A stretch of 64,000 bases of DNA from an uncultured Clostridia bacterium (GCA_944384415.1 CALWTF010000009.1:30191-94190); one strand, 5' to 3'; positions 42,942 to 52,800 are shown, counted from the first letter of the stretch. Notes: generated by a model not told the origin, from the letters alone. Made by a program: numbers and translations.

Positions 42942-44877
42942 ACTGTCGAAAAACCTTTCGGTTTCTTTCTCTTATGTTATAGAAAACTTTTTCTTCATCC
43001 AAAAACCTAGCTGGGGCATAGTCTTCTGGTGTTTTTTCCATATTATAAAGGTCAGGTGATTTAAAGTAACCATCAAATTTTGAACGCAATGCTTTTTCAC
43101 CATACATACTAATAATAAATTCACCTTGTTTAAGTAAACTAAGTTCATCAGGGTGAATAAGTGGTGCGCTTGCTTTACTTGTAGAGGTACTTGTTTGTGT
43201 TCCATCTTTTGCTTTGCTTTCTGTTTTTGAAACACTGTCAACCGAAGTGTGACCACATCTGTTACTAAATTCTTCTTTTGTTTTTAAATCAATAGTTCCA
43301 AGGAAGTAGTGAATGTTACAGTTGTTTTTTATGGTTTCAGCTACTGTATCACCATATCTTGCGTTTATTTGAGCATAATTTTGAACTGCTAAAATCATAC
43401 ATATATTACGACTACGAGCAACCGTTATTATAGTGTCAAGACGAGGAATGGTTGGTAACTGACCAAATTCATCAAGCATAAAATATACACGGCGAGGAAG
43501 TGTTTTACCTTCACGATGATTTGCTATGTCAACTAATTCCTTATAAAGTTGTAAAATACACATTGTTGAAATTGCGTGTCTTGTTTCTTTTTCATCTGGC
43601 ACTTTTATAAACAATGCTGTAGGCTTGTCTGCAAATGTTGTAAAATCCATTTCATCTTTACTTGTAGTAAAACATATTCCAGTATCTGCAAACATACTTA
43701 CAAATTGAGTTATTATACCAAAGAAACTTCGTGATGTTGAAACAGCATTGTTAAGAACTGCTGAAGATAATGTTGGTGCAACAGAAAATTTAGACCTTCC
43801 TTGAAAATACTTTTGCAATGTCATAAATGGTCTGTCTGGGTCATTGTCTCTTTCATTACATATTTTATAAAGATTAAAAAAGTTAAATTTTTCTTCCGTC
43901 ATTCCTAAATCTTTATATGCACTGTCTTCAAGCATAGCCATCATAACACCAAGAACAAAATCTTTTGCACCTCGTTCCCAACTTTGGTCGGTTTGAGATT
44001 TTATAGGACACAAGGTGGTTGCGATATCGTTTAAATCTTCAAAAGCTGAATCGTAAAGTTGTTTTTTTAGTGCTTTTAAATCGTTTTCTAATAAAGAACG
44101 GGTAGGATAGGCAACACCATCAAATTCATACCATTCTTTATTATACACTGGTGATATAACTCGCAATCCAAGGTCGGCAGGGTTTTCATCGGTGTGTACT
44201 TTTACTTCATTTAATAAATGTATACTTCGTTGAAATGCTCTAAAAGGTCTAGCCATTGGGTTCCAACAAGTTGATGCATAAGCATCACGCAAGTCCAAAA
44301 CTTTTATGTCATAACCTTCTTTTTTTAATTTGCTACAACACAACTCATATATTTCACCTTTCATATCATTAAAAACAAAAGAAGGTTTAGTTTTTGTTGA
44401 ACTTAAGATTTGAACGCTTGGAACAACAAAGTTAGCTGTTTTACCACTACCAGTTGTACCAATTACTATTGAGTGCCAAGTTTTTGTGAACATATTTATT
44501 TTAACATTTTTTCCAACTTTCTCAGCACGCAAAACTGGTCCATCTGGGTGTTTTGCTAATTCTGTAAATAAACTGTATTCATATTTTCTGTTAAGTTCAT
44601 CTTCTGTTAACCATTCAGAATCAAAAAATTGTTTTGTTTTATTTGTTTTTTTAGCATCTTTAAATAAACTTTTTCCATCTGAAAACTTTAATAAAGTCCA
44701 AATAACAAAACAAATATAAAGAAGTGCTGTTACTGGGAAAAACATTGGGTCGCTTGGATTTATTACAAGTTGTCCCTCTGTTATTATTCCCCAAATTCCA
44801 CTAAAAATAATACCACCAACAAGGCATACAAAAATCATTCCTATGTATAGTAGCAAATATTTTAAAATCTTTGACAT
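42940..44877 (-). CDS. type IV coupling protein (VirD4/TraG/TraD family ATPase)
   Basis: Two N-terminal TM helices, Walker A GTTGSGKTANFVVPS, Walker B YFMLDEFGQLP, and the downstream RSRNI...AVQN motif typical of T4CPs. Confidence 0.85.
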   Translation of the reverse strand: MSKILKYLLLYIGMIFVCLVGGIIFSGIWGIITEGQLVINPSDPMFFPVTALLYICFVIWTLLKFSDGKSLFKDAKKTNKTKQFFDSEWLTEDELNRKYEYSLFTELAKHPDGPVLRAEKVGKNVKINMFTKTWHSIVIGTTGSGKTANFVVPSVQILSSTKTKPSFVFNDMKGEIYELCCSKLKKEGYDIKVLDLRDAYASTCWNPMARPFRAFQRSIHLLNEVKVHTDENPADLGLRVISPVYNKEWYEFDGVAYPTRSLLENDLKALKKQLYDSAFEDLNDIATTLCPIKSQTDQSWERGAKDFVLGVMMAMLEDSAYKDLGMTEEKFNFFNLYKICNERDNDPDRPFMTLQKYFQGRSKFSVAPTLSSAVLNNAVSTSRSFFGIITQFVSMFADTGICFTTSKDEMDFTTFADKPTALFIKVPDEKETRHAISTMCILQLYKELVDIANHREGKTLPRRVYFMLDEFGQLPTIPRLDTIITVARSRNICMILAVQNYAQINARYGDTVAETIKNNCNIHYFLGTIDLKTKEEFSNRCGHTSVDSVSKTESKAKDGTQTSTSTSKASAPLIHPDELSLLKQGEFIISMYGEKALRSKFDGYFKSPDLYNMEKTPEDYAPARFLDEEKVFYNIRERNRKVFRQ

Positions 44878-45187
44878 AATAACTCCTTATTGTTATTTGT
44901 TAACTTTTTTAATTAAGTATATTAAATTAAAATTAAGTATAAAAAAGTGTTCAGCATCATTTTACAACAATTTACAAATAAAATGCAATTATTTTTTTAC
45001 ATTTTTTTTATATTTAAAAACTTAAAAAATTTTTAAAAAAATATCAAAAAATGTTTGCTTTTGTATTTTTTATTTGGTAGTATAATTTCATAAATGTATG
45101 TTTTTACTTCTGTTGCTTCTATATGTTGTGTATATATTTCATAAAAAGGTAAAACATATTATTAAATAAATTGGAGGGGTTTAAGTT

Positions 45188-45580
45188 ATGCAATTTATGT
45201 CTTTAATGGCAGATATTGCCACCAAATTTGCTCTATTAACTGCTGGTGGTGGGGATGATACAACTACAAATAACGATTTCGATTGGGGTGATTGGGAGTT
45301 TTTAAAGGAAATTGTTGAAGCAATTGACTGGGTAATGATTCCTATTATGATTTTGGTTGGTACTGCTGGTCTTATTTATGCCGTTGTTTTAGGTGTAAAC
45401 CTTGCAAGAGCAGATAGTGCAGAAAAAATCAAAGAAGCAAAATCTCGTATGATTAATGCCATTATTGGTTTGGTGTCAATTATTGCTTTGTGTTTATTGT
45501 TGTGGTTGTTTATCGAAAATGTTCCAACAATTTTCGGGTTCACGCAAGAGAGAACAACTGGTGCTTTAATTGGTATTTAA
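45188..45580 (+). CDS. VirB2/TrbC-like (pilin-like) small two-TM conjugal-transfer-type protein
   Basis: 130 aa. Hydrophobic leader, acidic loop, then two TM helices (VMIPIMILVGTAGLIYAVVLGV and AIIGLVSIIALCLLLWLFI) separated by a short basic loop. It is the first gene of the plus-strand T4SS block. GGAGGGG RBS. Confidence 0.5.
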   Translation: MQFMSLMADIATKFALLTAGGGDDTTTNNDFDWGDWEFLKEIVEAIDWVMIPIMILVGTAGLIYAVVLGVNLARADSAEKIKEAKSRMINAIIGLVSIIALCLLLWLFIENVPTIFGFTQERTTGALIGI

Positions 45581-45657
45581 TTTAGCTGTTAAAGTTTTAT
45601 TTTAATATGTTTTAAATTAAAAGGGAGTTTATAATTCTCCATAAGAGGGAGGAAAAA

Positions 45658-47553
45658 GTGAGTAAAAAGTCAACGAAATTATTTAGTTTGTTTTTCACTT
45701 TTGCCTTCGTCTTTTTTTCTTTTACAGGTTGTTCATTAACGCTAACAAAACCAAGTAATTATTATGAGGGATTATTTGGTGGAATGAATCCTAATAATTT
45801 TGATAACAAACCATTACCTGATGTTGAATGGGGTACAGGTGGTGAAACTTATCCTTCTATTACTTACGAACAAAAACAAGAAGCTTTAAATGAAGCTGCT
45901 GAAACTTACACAGGAATAAGAACAGTAAGTGTGCCTGTTGCAGGAGATGAATCGGGATATCAACAAACAGATTATGAACGAGCAAGATTTTATAAAAATG
46001 TATCTGACCAATATGAAATTTTAGCAAAATATATTTTGGTGTCTTTGGTAGGACAATTTGGTTTAGGTTCGGATTTAACAGAAATCGAAAGTTCTGTTTA
46101 TGGTGTTGAAACCACAGGCGATTATGTTACTTCAATTACAACTTATCAACCAGAAAATCGTGAAGATTTTTCTGGTTATTTAGGTGATACTAGTGAGCGT
46201 TCAATTGATAGGACTGTTTCCAGTTGGGTAATTACCGATGATGGTTTATGTGTTCCTGTTGAAAATATTACTACTGGGGAATATACTTGTCCTGGTCAAC
46301 ATACTCCTGAAATTGTTTATACAAATGATTATGCTTGGAAACTAAATTTGGTTGATGAAGGTGATTTGTCTGCAACCGAGTATTTGCAGTTATATCTTGA
46401 TAAATATTTAAAATTTGTTCAATTAAGAATTATGGAAATTGATTTGCAACAAGTTGCTACAAATTATGATTCAACAAATGAAACAGTTATTGATGAAAAA
46501 ATAAAAAAATATTCAAGTGAAATATCTAAATTGGGTGTAGAAATAACTTCTGATGAACAAAGTGCAATTATTAATATGATTAAAAATGAAGTAGTTGGAA
46601 TGACAGCAATAAACTATGATAATTCATCAAAAACTTTTACTGAACCTACTTTTATAAAAAGTTATAATGATTCACAAGTTGTTCATGGTTATGATATTAA
46701 TAATAACGGAATATATGGTGATACAATTGTAATAACACCTAATAATGGTTTTTATTGTGGTTTTGAGCAAGCAGTAAATTTAGTTGTTCCAGAACTTCAA
46801 GAAATTATAAAAACATTTCCTGATTACTATGCGATGGAAATATGTGATGTTAATCCAACAGATTTTTACAACATAGGGGAAGAAGTTGAAAGCGGTGAAA
46901 AGCAGGTTTTAAACAATATTCCGCAAGCTGAATATAAAAGTGTTTCTTTTATAACAGAACAAGAATGGTTTTTTGATGCTGTTTATATAGCAGTATCTGC
47001 TGATACCGACTTTATATTAAATTTATATTTAAGAGTTGTTGTTAACGGTGAAGAATTTACTGTTAAAATTGGTTGTTTAAATGTTGATAGTACTAAAAGT
47101 TGGGAATATTTAGGTGAATCGGAAGAAGAAAGCACTGATACAAGTGATGAAGCTTTAAGAAACGAGTTGTTAGACTCATCAATAAAACGCAATATGTTGT
47201 TAGTTGATTTAAGTGTTATATTATCAACAGAACAATTAGATTTGCTTTATCAAGGGCACACAAATAGTGATTTGCTTAAACAAAATGTATATTCTACAAA
47301 TGAAAATCGTTGGGGATATCATACCAATTCTAAAAATAATACAGAGGTTTCTCCAACAATTTTAGAATTAACTGAAAGTTTGTATATTAATATGTTAATT
47401 GAAAACCAAAAAAGCACTTTTGCGCTTAATAACGAAAATAACACTTTTTATGAAATTATTTTTGATATAGAAAAAGAAAAGGAAACAGATAAACATCCAT
47501 TTACTTTTCTTGTTTGGACAGCTCAATTTAGTGATGGTTTGTTAGAAACTTAG
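45658..47553 (+). CDS. lipoprotein, unknown function (T4SS-associated)
   Basis: GTG start after a GAGGGAGG RBS. Signal peptide with lipobox FSFTG-C. Acidic, with no recognisable domain. Confidence 0.7.
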   Translation: MSKKSTKLFSLFFTFAFVFFSFTGCSLTLTKPSNYYEGLFGGMNPNNFDNKPLPDVEWGTGGETYPSITYEQKQEALNEAAETYTGIRTVSVPVAGDESGYQQTDYERARFYKNVSDQYEILAKYILVSLVGQFGLGSDLTEIESSVYGVETTGDYVTSITTYQPENREDFSGYLGDTSERSIDRTVSSWVITDDGLCVPVENITTGEYTCPGQHTPEIVYTNDYAWKLNLVDEGDLSATEYLQLYLDKYLKFVQLRIMEIDLQQVATNYDSTNETVIDEKIKKYSSEISKLGVEITSDEQSAIINMIKNEVVGMTAINYDNSSKTFTEPTFIKSYNDSQVVHGYDINNNGIYGDTIVITPNNGFYCGFEQAVNLVVPELQEIIKTFPDYYAMEICDVNPTDFYNIGEEVESGEKQVLNNIPQAEYKSVSFITEQEWFFDAVYIAVSADTDFILNLYLRVVVNGEEFTVKIGCLNVDSTKSWEYLGESEEESTDTSDEALRNELLDSSIKRNMLLVDLSVILSTEQLDLLYQGHTNSDLLKQNVYSTNENRWGYHTNSKNNTEVSPTILELTESLYINMLIENQKSTFALNNENNTFYEIIFDIEKEKETDKHPFTFLVWTAQFSDGLLET

Positions 47554-47683
47554 CATTAAAATTGATAAAATTTGTTAAAATTTTGAAATTATAGATATTT
47601 TTTGTCAAATTGTTAAAAAATAAGTTTACATAAAAAGTTTGATTTGTTAAAATTTTAATAAAATAAAAAAAGGAGGATAAGTT

Positions 47684-49999
47684 TTGCAGTTAAGTTTGTT
47701 TCAACTGGGTTGGGTAATTGCTGATGCCATAACTGGTTTAATTAATTGGCTTGCAGATAAAATTGGTGGCTTTATTGGTGATGCTATTGAATCATTTGCT
47801 AGTATTTTTATCACTACTATTTCAGCAATTGCATATGGTTTGCAAATGGGTTTCTTTATTATTATGGACTGCATTCAACTTATGTTCCGTAAAATAGCGG
47901 GGCTTGATTCGTATTATTATCAAGGTACATCGCAAACTGGTGATATGGTGCTTGATTTTATTGCCAATCCTACAGTTCAAGGTGTTTTTTGGAGTGTAAT
48001 GGCAGTTGCTTGTATTATGTTGTTTATTTCTACTTTTATTGCAATTATAAAAAGTGAAATAACAGAAAAAGGCGCAAATCCGAAAGGTCCTATTATCGGA
48101 AAGGCATTTAAATCTATTCTTTATTTTGCAATGGTTCCAGTGGTTTCAATTATGGGAATTTTCTTTGCAAATGTTTTACTAAAAACTTTGGATGTTGCAA
48201 CTGCTGTTAACAATACAACTAAACTTAGTGGAATGGTGTTCCAAGCTGCGTGTGTAGATGGAAATCGAGCGCAAGGAGATGCGGAATTTGCTGCCAAAAT
48301 AGCAAGAGATTTTGGTGTTTCTGCAAATAATGATACATATACTGTCGCAGATGCGGTAAACAAAGCGTTTGCACAAGCCAAACAAATCACAGTTACTACA
48401 GACCCTTTTTCTGAACCATATATGTTTGCAATAAGTATAGGTGCCTTTGTTGGATATGATGCTATAACGGGAACTAGAACTGCCGATATAATGAACTTTA
48501 CATTGGTTTATTATTATTATGATTTAATGATTACTGGATATGATTACTTGATAGGCTTTATCGGTGGTTTTATAGCGTGTTCTATGTTGTTATCTACATG
48601 CTTAGGTTGTATACAGCGAATTTTTGAATTAACAATTTTATTTGTAGTTGCACCACCTTTGATTGCTATGATGCCTATGGATAATGGTGCAAAATATAAT
48701 CAATGGCGTGGTGAGTTTGTTAAGCGTGTGTTTGGTCTTTATGGTCCTATTATTGGTTTAAATTTAATGTTTATGATTTTAACTATAATTGGTGATTATA
48801 CATTGTTCCCAGATGAGCCAGGATATGCTATACATAATGGTTTAACAAAATTGTTCTTTATGATTGTAGCGTTAACATCTTTAAAAGAATTTGTTGCTTT
48901 AATTGCTATCTTGGTTGGTGGTAATGATGCTTACAGCCAAGGTGAATCTAAAAAAGAACCAGTAACAAATATGGCTGGTAAAATTGGTTCAGGTACACGA
49001 AGACTTGCACAATCTATGGTTCCAAAATCAGTTAGAGATAAAGTAAAAGGTAAAGTAGATAGTGTTGGAAGAGATGAAAATGGTGAAATTAAAGGTGGTT
49101 GGAACAAAGCAAAACATGCATTAGTAAATCCTGGAAGTACAATTGGGGGAATTGCTAATAAAAAAGATGGTTTGATTAGTGATTTGATGACAATTTCTGG
49201 TGTTGGAAAGGGTTTAAAAGATAAAGCATTGTTAGAAAATCCTAACAGCATTTGGGGTGCATTAATGCCTGGTGCAGTTGATGCTGCTGATAAACGCAAA
49301 AAAGACAAAGAAGCAAAAGATGCTCGTGAAGCCAAAGAGGCTGAAATGATGAATGAAGAAAATTTCAGACCTGAGTTGGAAAAAAAGAAAAGAGCAAATC
49401 AACTTAAAAATTATGCAGACGCTGAAGCAAAAGGTGGAGTAAACCCTCAAAAAGAAGCTTTAAACCTTATTAACAGCAAAAGGCAAGAAGTGCGAGATAA
49501 AATTGATGCACTTAAATCTGAAAATCCAGAAGCAAATACTAATGCGTATGAAGCTTTGTATGACCAATTGGGCGACTATGCAAATAAAGTGCAAAATGGT
49601 GATTTAGTTGCTGGCGTTGACTTCGAAGAAGGTAAAATGCCAGGAGTAGGTGGGACACCAGGTGGGGCAACAGATGTTTCAACAAACTTGGCTGATATTG
49701 AAAACTTATTACGAAATGGCATAAAAGTTAAACTTGACGATGGAGCAACCGTTAAATTATCTTCTGACGATAGCCCTATTACCAAATTAGCTAGTGTAGC
49801 CGAAGCATTGTCATCAGCTGCCGAAGATTTAAAAGCTGGTGCTTCATCTTCAAAATCAATGCTTTCTGGTGCTGCTAGCAAGTTGGGTGTATCGGCAGGT
49901 GCAATAACAAAAGCTGCAAAAGGTTTAAAACCTGAAACATACACTCCAGGGAAAGCTCCTTCAGCAAAAACACCACCATCTGACCCGATGTTTGGATAG
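47684..49999 (+). CDS. VirB6/TrbL-like polytopic membrane protein with a ~330-aa hydrophilic C-terminal tail
   Basis: TTG start after an AGGAGGA RBS. About 7-8 TM helices within residues 1-430, then K/E/A/G-rich low-complexity sequence. Confidence 0.55.
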   Translation: MQLSLFQLGWVIADAITGLINWLADKIGGFIGDAIESFASIFITTISAIAYGLQMGFFIIMDCIQLMFRKIAGLDSYYYQGTSQTGDMVLDFIANPTVQGVFWSVMAVACIMLFISTFIAIIKSEITEKGANPKGPIIGKAFKSILYFAMVPVVSIMGIFFANVLLKTLDVATAVNNTTKLSGMVFQAACVDGNRAQGDAEFAAKIARDFGVSANNDTYTVADAVNKAFAQAKQITVTTDPFSEPYMFAISIGAFVGYDAITGTRTADIMNFTLVYYYYDLMITGYDYLIGFIGGFIACSMLLSTCLGCIQRIFELTILFVVAPPLIAMMPMDNGAKYNQWRGEFVKRVFGLYGPIIGLNLMFMILTIIGDYTLFPDEPGYAIHNGLTKLFFMIVALTSLKEFVALIAILVGGNDAYSQGESKKEPVTNMAGKIGSGTRRLAQSMVPKSVRDKVKGKVDSVGRDENGEIKGGWNKAKHALVNPGSTIGGIANKKDGLISDLMTISGVGKGLKDKALLENPNSIWGALMPGAVDAADKRKKDKEAKDAREAKEAEMMNEENFRPELEKKKRANQLKNYADAEAKGGVNPQKEALNLINSKRQEVRDKIDALKSENPEANTNAYEALYDQLGDYANKVQNGDLVAGVDFEEGKMPGVGGTPGGATDVSTNLADIENLLRNGIKVKLDDGATVKLSSDDSPITKLASVAEALSSAAEDLKAGASSSKSMLSGAASKLGVSAGAITKAAKGLKPETYTPGKAPSAKTPPSDPMFG

Positions 50000-50013
50000 T
50001 TAAAGAATAAAAA

Positions 50014-50036
50014 AGAGAATTTTTCTCTTTTTTGTT
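50014..50036 (+). terminator. rho-independent terminator
   Basis: aagagaa-ttt-ttctctt followed by TTTTG. Confidence 0.65.
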
Positions 50037-50137
50037 TTTTTAAAATAAATTTAAAAATTTGAAAAATTGTTTTGTTTTTTTAATAAATTATTATATAATT
50101 TAATTAATGTTACAAAATAGGGGATAAGAGGGTTAAT

Positions 50138-52771
50138 ATGAAATTTATTCCGCGTAAAACAAAAGTTAAAATGGAGTTTGGGAAAGGCATTACACTTGGT
50201 GATGTTATTTTGGCTGTTATTGGTGTTGCCGTTTTACTTTTAATGATTTTAAGTCAAGGTATAACTGATGTAGCAATGAAAATTTATTTATCAGTAGCTT
50301 GGTGTGGTATTGTTATTGCACTTTTTGTTCGAGTTGCTGATGGATTGCCTTTATATGCAACTTTGGGTATGTTGATAAAATTTTTTGCTTATAAGAAAAA
50401 GTTTGCAAAACATAAAACTCGTAAGTATTCTGATATACAAGAATTAATTCCGTATCAAAGTATACACAATGATGTGGTAGACTTTACACAATATTATGCT
50501 GGTGTTCTTGAAATTAGGCCAGTTGAATTTTCTTTATTAAATGAAGAAAAGCAAGAGTTGGTTATTAGAACCTTATCAAATGCTTTAAAACTTATTGGAA
50601 CACATCAAAGCGTAAGTATAGTAAAAAATTGTAGACCTATGTCAATGACTCAATATATATATAATGAAGACAGAAAATATGACTCTGTGCTTGAAAGAGT
50701 TGCTGATGGTGAAATGTCAAAAGAAGAAGCTGAAGCAAGGTCTTTAATTTTTGAATCTCGTATACAAAAACTTCGTGATTTTAGTAATGAAGCAAAGGTT
50801 TTTAAGGACCACTTTTATATTGTTGTTTATGACCCAGATTTAGAATCGCTTAATATAACTTTGGAATCTATGATTAGCTCATTAGGAAAAGGTCAGGTTC
50901 CAATTGTTGCAACAAGGCTTCGTGACCAAGATTTAGCTATATTTTTAAAATCTAACTATCAAAAAGATTTTGATGAAGGTGATTTGGCAATTGTTTCAAT
51001 GAAAGATTATGCAAGGTGGACAATTCCTGAAAAAGTTAGGTTTAAAGTTGGAAAAACAATGATTGATGGAATTGAATATCGTTCATTTTCTATAACTGAC
51101 TATCCATTAAATGTTCCAAATGCGTGGGCTTGGCCATTCTTTTCAATGGAGGGTTGTAATGTTAATGTGCACTTAAAACCAATTCCTAAACCAAAAGCTG
51201 AAAAAGATTTGGATAGGGCTATTAACGAGTTGGAAGGAAGAATGGGTGTAGGAAAAACAAGTAAACAAGTTGAACTTGGAACACAGATGCAAACATTAAA
51301 TAGTTTGATATCTGAATTAAAAATTGGTAATGAAGACCTTTTTGATGTTAACATACACTTGTTTTGCGAAGAAGCTTTAAAAAAAGAAGTTCGTGGAATT
51401 TTAAAACAATATGGTTTTAAATATAGTGAAATGTTTGGAAGACAAGTAGAAGCTTTTGTAAGTTACAATACATCACAACTTGAAAGAGCACCTGACCATA
51501 GCCGTGGTATTCAAACAACTTCAATTGCTGCAATGTTTCCATTTATTTCAAACAGTTTGCAAGATGATGCTGGAATTTATCTTGGTTATAATTCATATCC
51601 AGTATTTGTAGATTTATTTGTTCGTAACAATGAACGGGTAAATTCAAATATGATTGTTATTGGTAAATCTGGAAGTGGTAAATCTTATGCTACTAAATGT
51701 TTACTTTCAAATCTTGCAGCAGATAATGCTCGTGTATTTATTCTTGACCCTGAAGATGAATATACTGACCTTGCTATTAACTTAAAGGGTAAAATTATTG
51801 ATGTAGGTTCAAGTGTAAATGGTATTTTAAACCCATTCCATGTAATGACTTCGTTAAGTGCCGATGAAGGTGGTGGTGGTGACTCGTTCTCGCAACACTT
51901 ACAATTTTTAGAAGAATTTTTTAAGGTTATATTTGAAGGAATGAGTAGTGATGCATTTGAACTTGTTAATGCTTTGGTATCCGAGGCTTATAAAAGAAAG
52001 GGTATAACAGGTGCAACCGACCTTAGTAAACTAACACCTGATGATTATCCAATTTTTGATGATTTATATAAAATTATAAATGAGCGCATTGAAAAAGAAA
52101 CTGATGAATATCATCACCGAAATTTACAAATTTTGTTAAATTATGTTGCAAAATTTGCTTCTGGTGGTCGTAACTCAAACTTGTGGAATGGTCCAACTTC
52201 AATTGTTACTAAAGAAAATTTCTGTTGTTTTAACTTCCGTTCGTTAATGGTTAACCGTAATATGACCATTGCTAATGCTCAAATGTTATTAGTATTTAAA
52301 TATTTGGATAACGAAATTTTGAAAAATCGTGACTTTAATAAACGATATGAAACAACTCGTAAAATTATTGTAGCAATTGATGAAGCACATATGTTTATTA
52401 ACCCTAAATTCCCAATTGCTTTGGACTTTATGGCGCAAATGGCAAAGCGTATTCGTAAATATGAAGGAATGCAAATAGTTATTACACAGAACATTAAAGA
52501 CTTTGTTGGTTCGGCTGACATTGAAAGACAAGCAAGTGCGGTTATTAACGCAAGTCAATATTCAATGATATTCTCATTGGCTCCGAATGACATAACAGAC
52601 TTGGTTAATCTTTATAGAAACGCTGGTGAAATTAATACCGATGAACAGGATCGTATTGTTACAGCTGGTCGTGGTGAATGTTTCTTTATTTCAAGTGCAT
52701 TTGCAAGAACTTCGTTTAAAATAGAAGCGAACGATGCAATTAAAAAATTGGCTGCACTTTCTGCAAGATAA
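50138..52771 (+). CDS. VirB4/TraE-family conjugal transfer ATPase with an N-terminal VirB3-like membrane segment
   Basis: Two TM helices within the first ~80 aa. Walker A VIGKSGSGKSYATK, Walker B VAIDEAHMF. 877 aa, typical of VirB4. Confidence 0.88.
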   Translation: MKFIPRKTKVKMEFGKGITLGDVILAVIGVAVLLLMILSQGITDVAMKIYLSVAWCGIVIALFVRVADGLPLYATLGMLIKFFAYKKKFAKHKTRKYSDIQELIPYQSIHNDVVDFTQYYAGVLEIRPVEFSLLNEEKQELVIRTLSNALKLIGTHQSVSIVKNCRPMSMTQYIYNEDRKYDSVLERVADGEMSKEEAEARSLIFESRIQKLRDFSNEAKVFKDHFYIVVYDPDLESLNITLESMISSLGKGQVPIVATRLRDQDLAIFLKSNYQKDFDEGDLAIVSMKDYARWTIPEKVRFKVGKTMIDGIEYRSFSITDYPLNVPNAWAWPFFSMEGCNVNVHLKPIPKPKAEKDLDRAINELEGRMGVGKTSKQVELGTQMQTLNSLISELKIGNEDLFDVNIHLFCEEALKKEVRGILKQYGFKYSEMFGRQVEAFVSYNTSQLERAPDHSRGIQTTSIAAMFPFISNSLQDDAGIYLGYNSYPVFVDLFVRNNERVNSNMIVIGKSGSGKSYATKCLLSNLAADNARVFILDPEDEYTDLAINLKGKIIDVGSSVNGILNPFHVMTSLSADEGGGGDSFSQHLQFLEEFFKVIFEGMSSDAFELVNALVSEAYKRKGITGATDLSKLTPDDYPIFDDLYKIINERIEKETDEYHHRNLQILLNYVAKFASGGRNSNLWNGPTSIVTKENFCCFNFRSLMVNRNMTIANAQMLLVFKYLDNEILKNRDFNKRYETTRKIIVAIDEAHMFINPKFPIALDFMAQMAKRIRKYEGMQIVITQNIKDFVGSADIERQASAVINASQYSMIFSLAPNDITDLVNLYRNAGEINTDEQDRIVTAGRGECFFISSAFARTSFKIEANDAIKKLAALSAR

Positions 52772-52800
52772 AAGCACAAATTTTGGTGCTTTTTCTTTTT
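52771..52800 (+). terminator. rho-independent terminator after the virB4-like gene
   Basis: aaagcac-aaattttg-gtgcttt followed by TTC TTTTTTTT. Confidence 0.65.
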
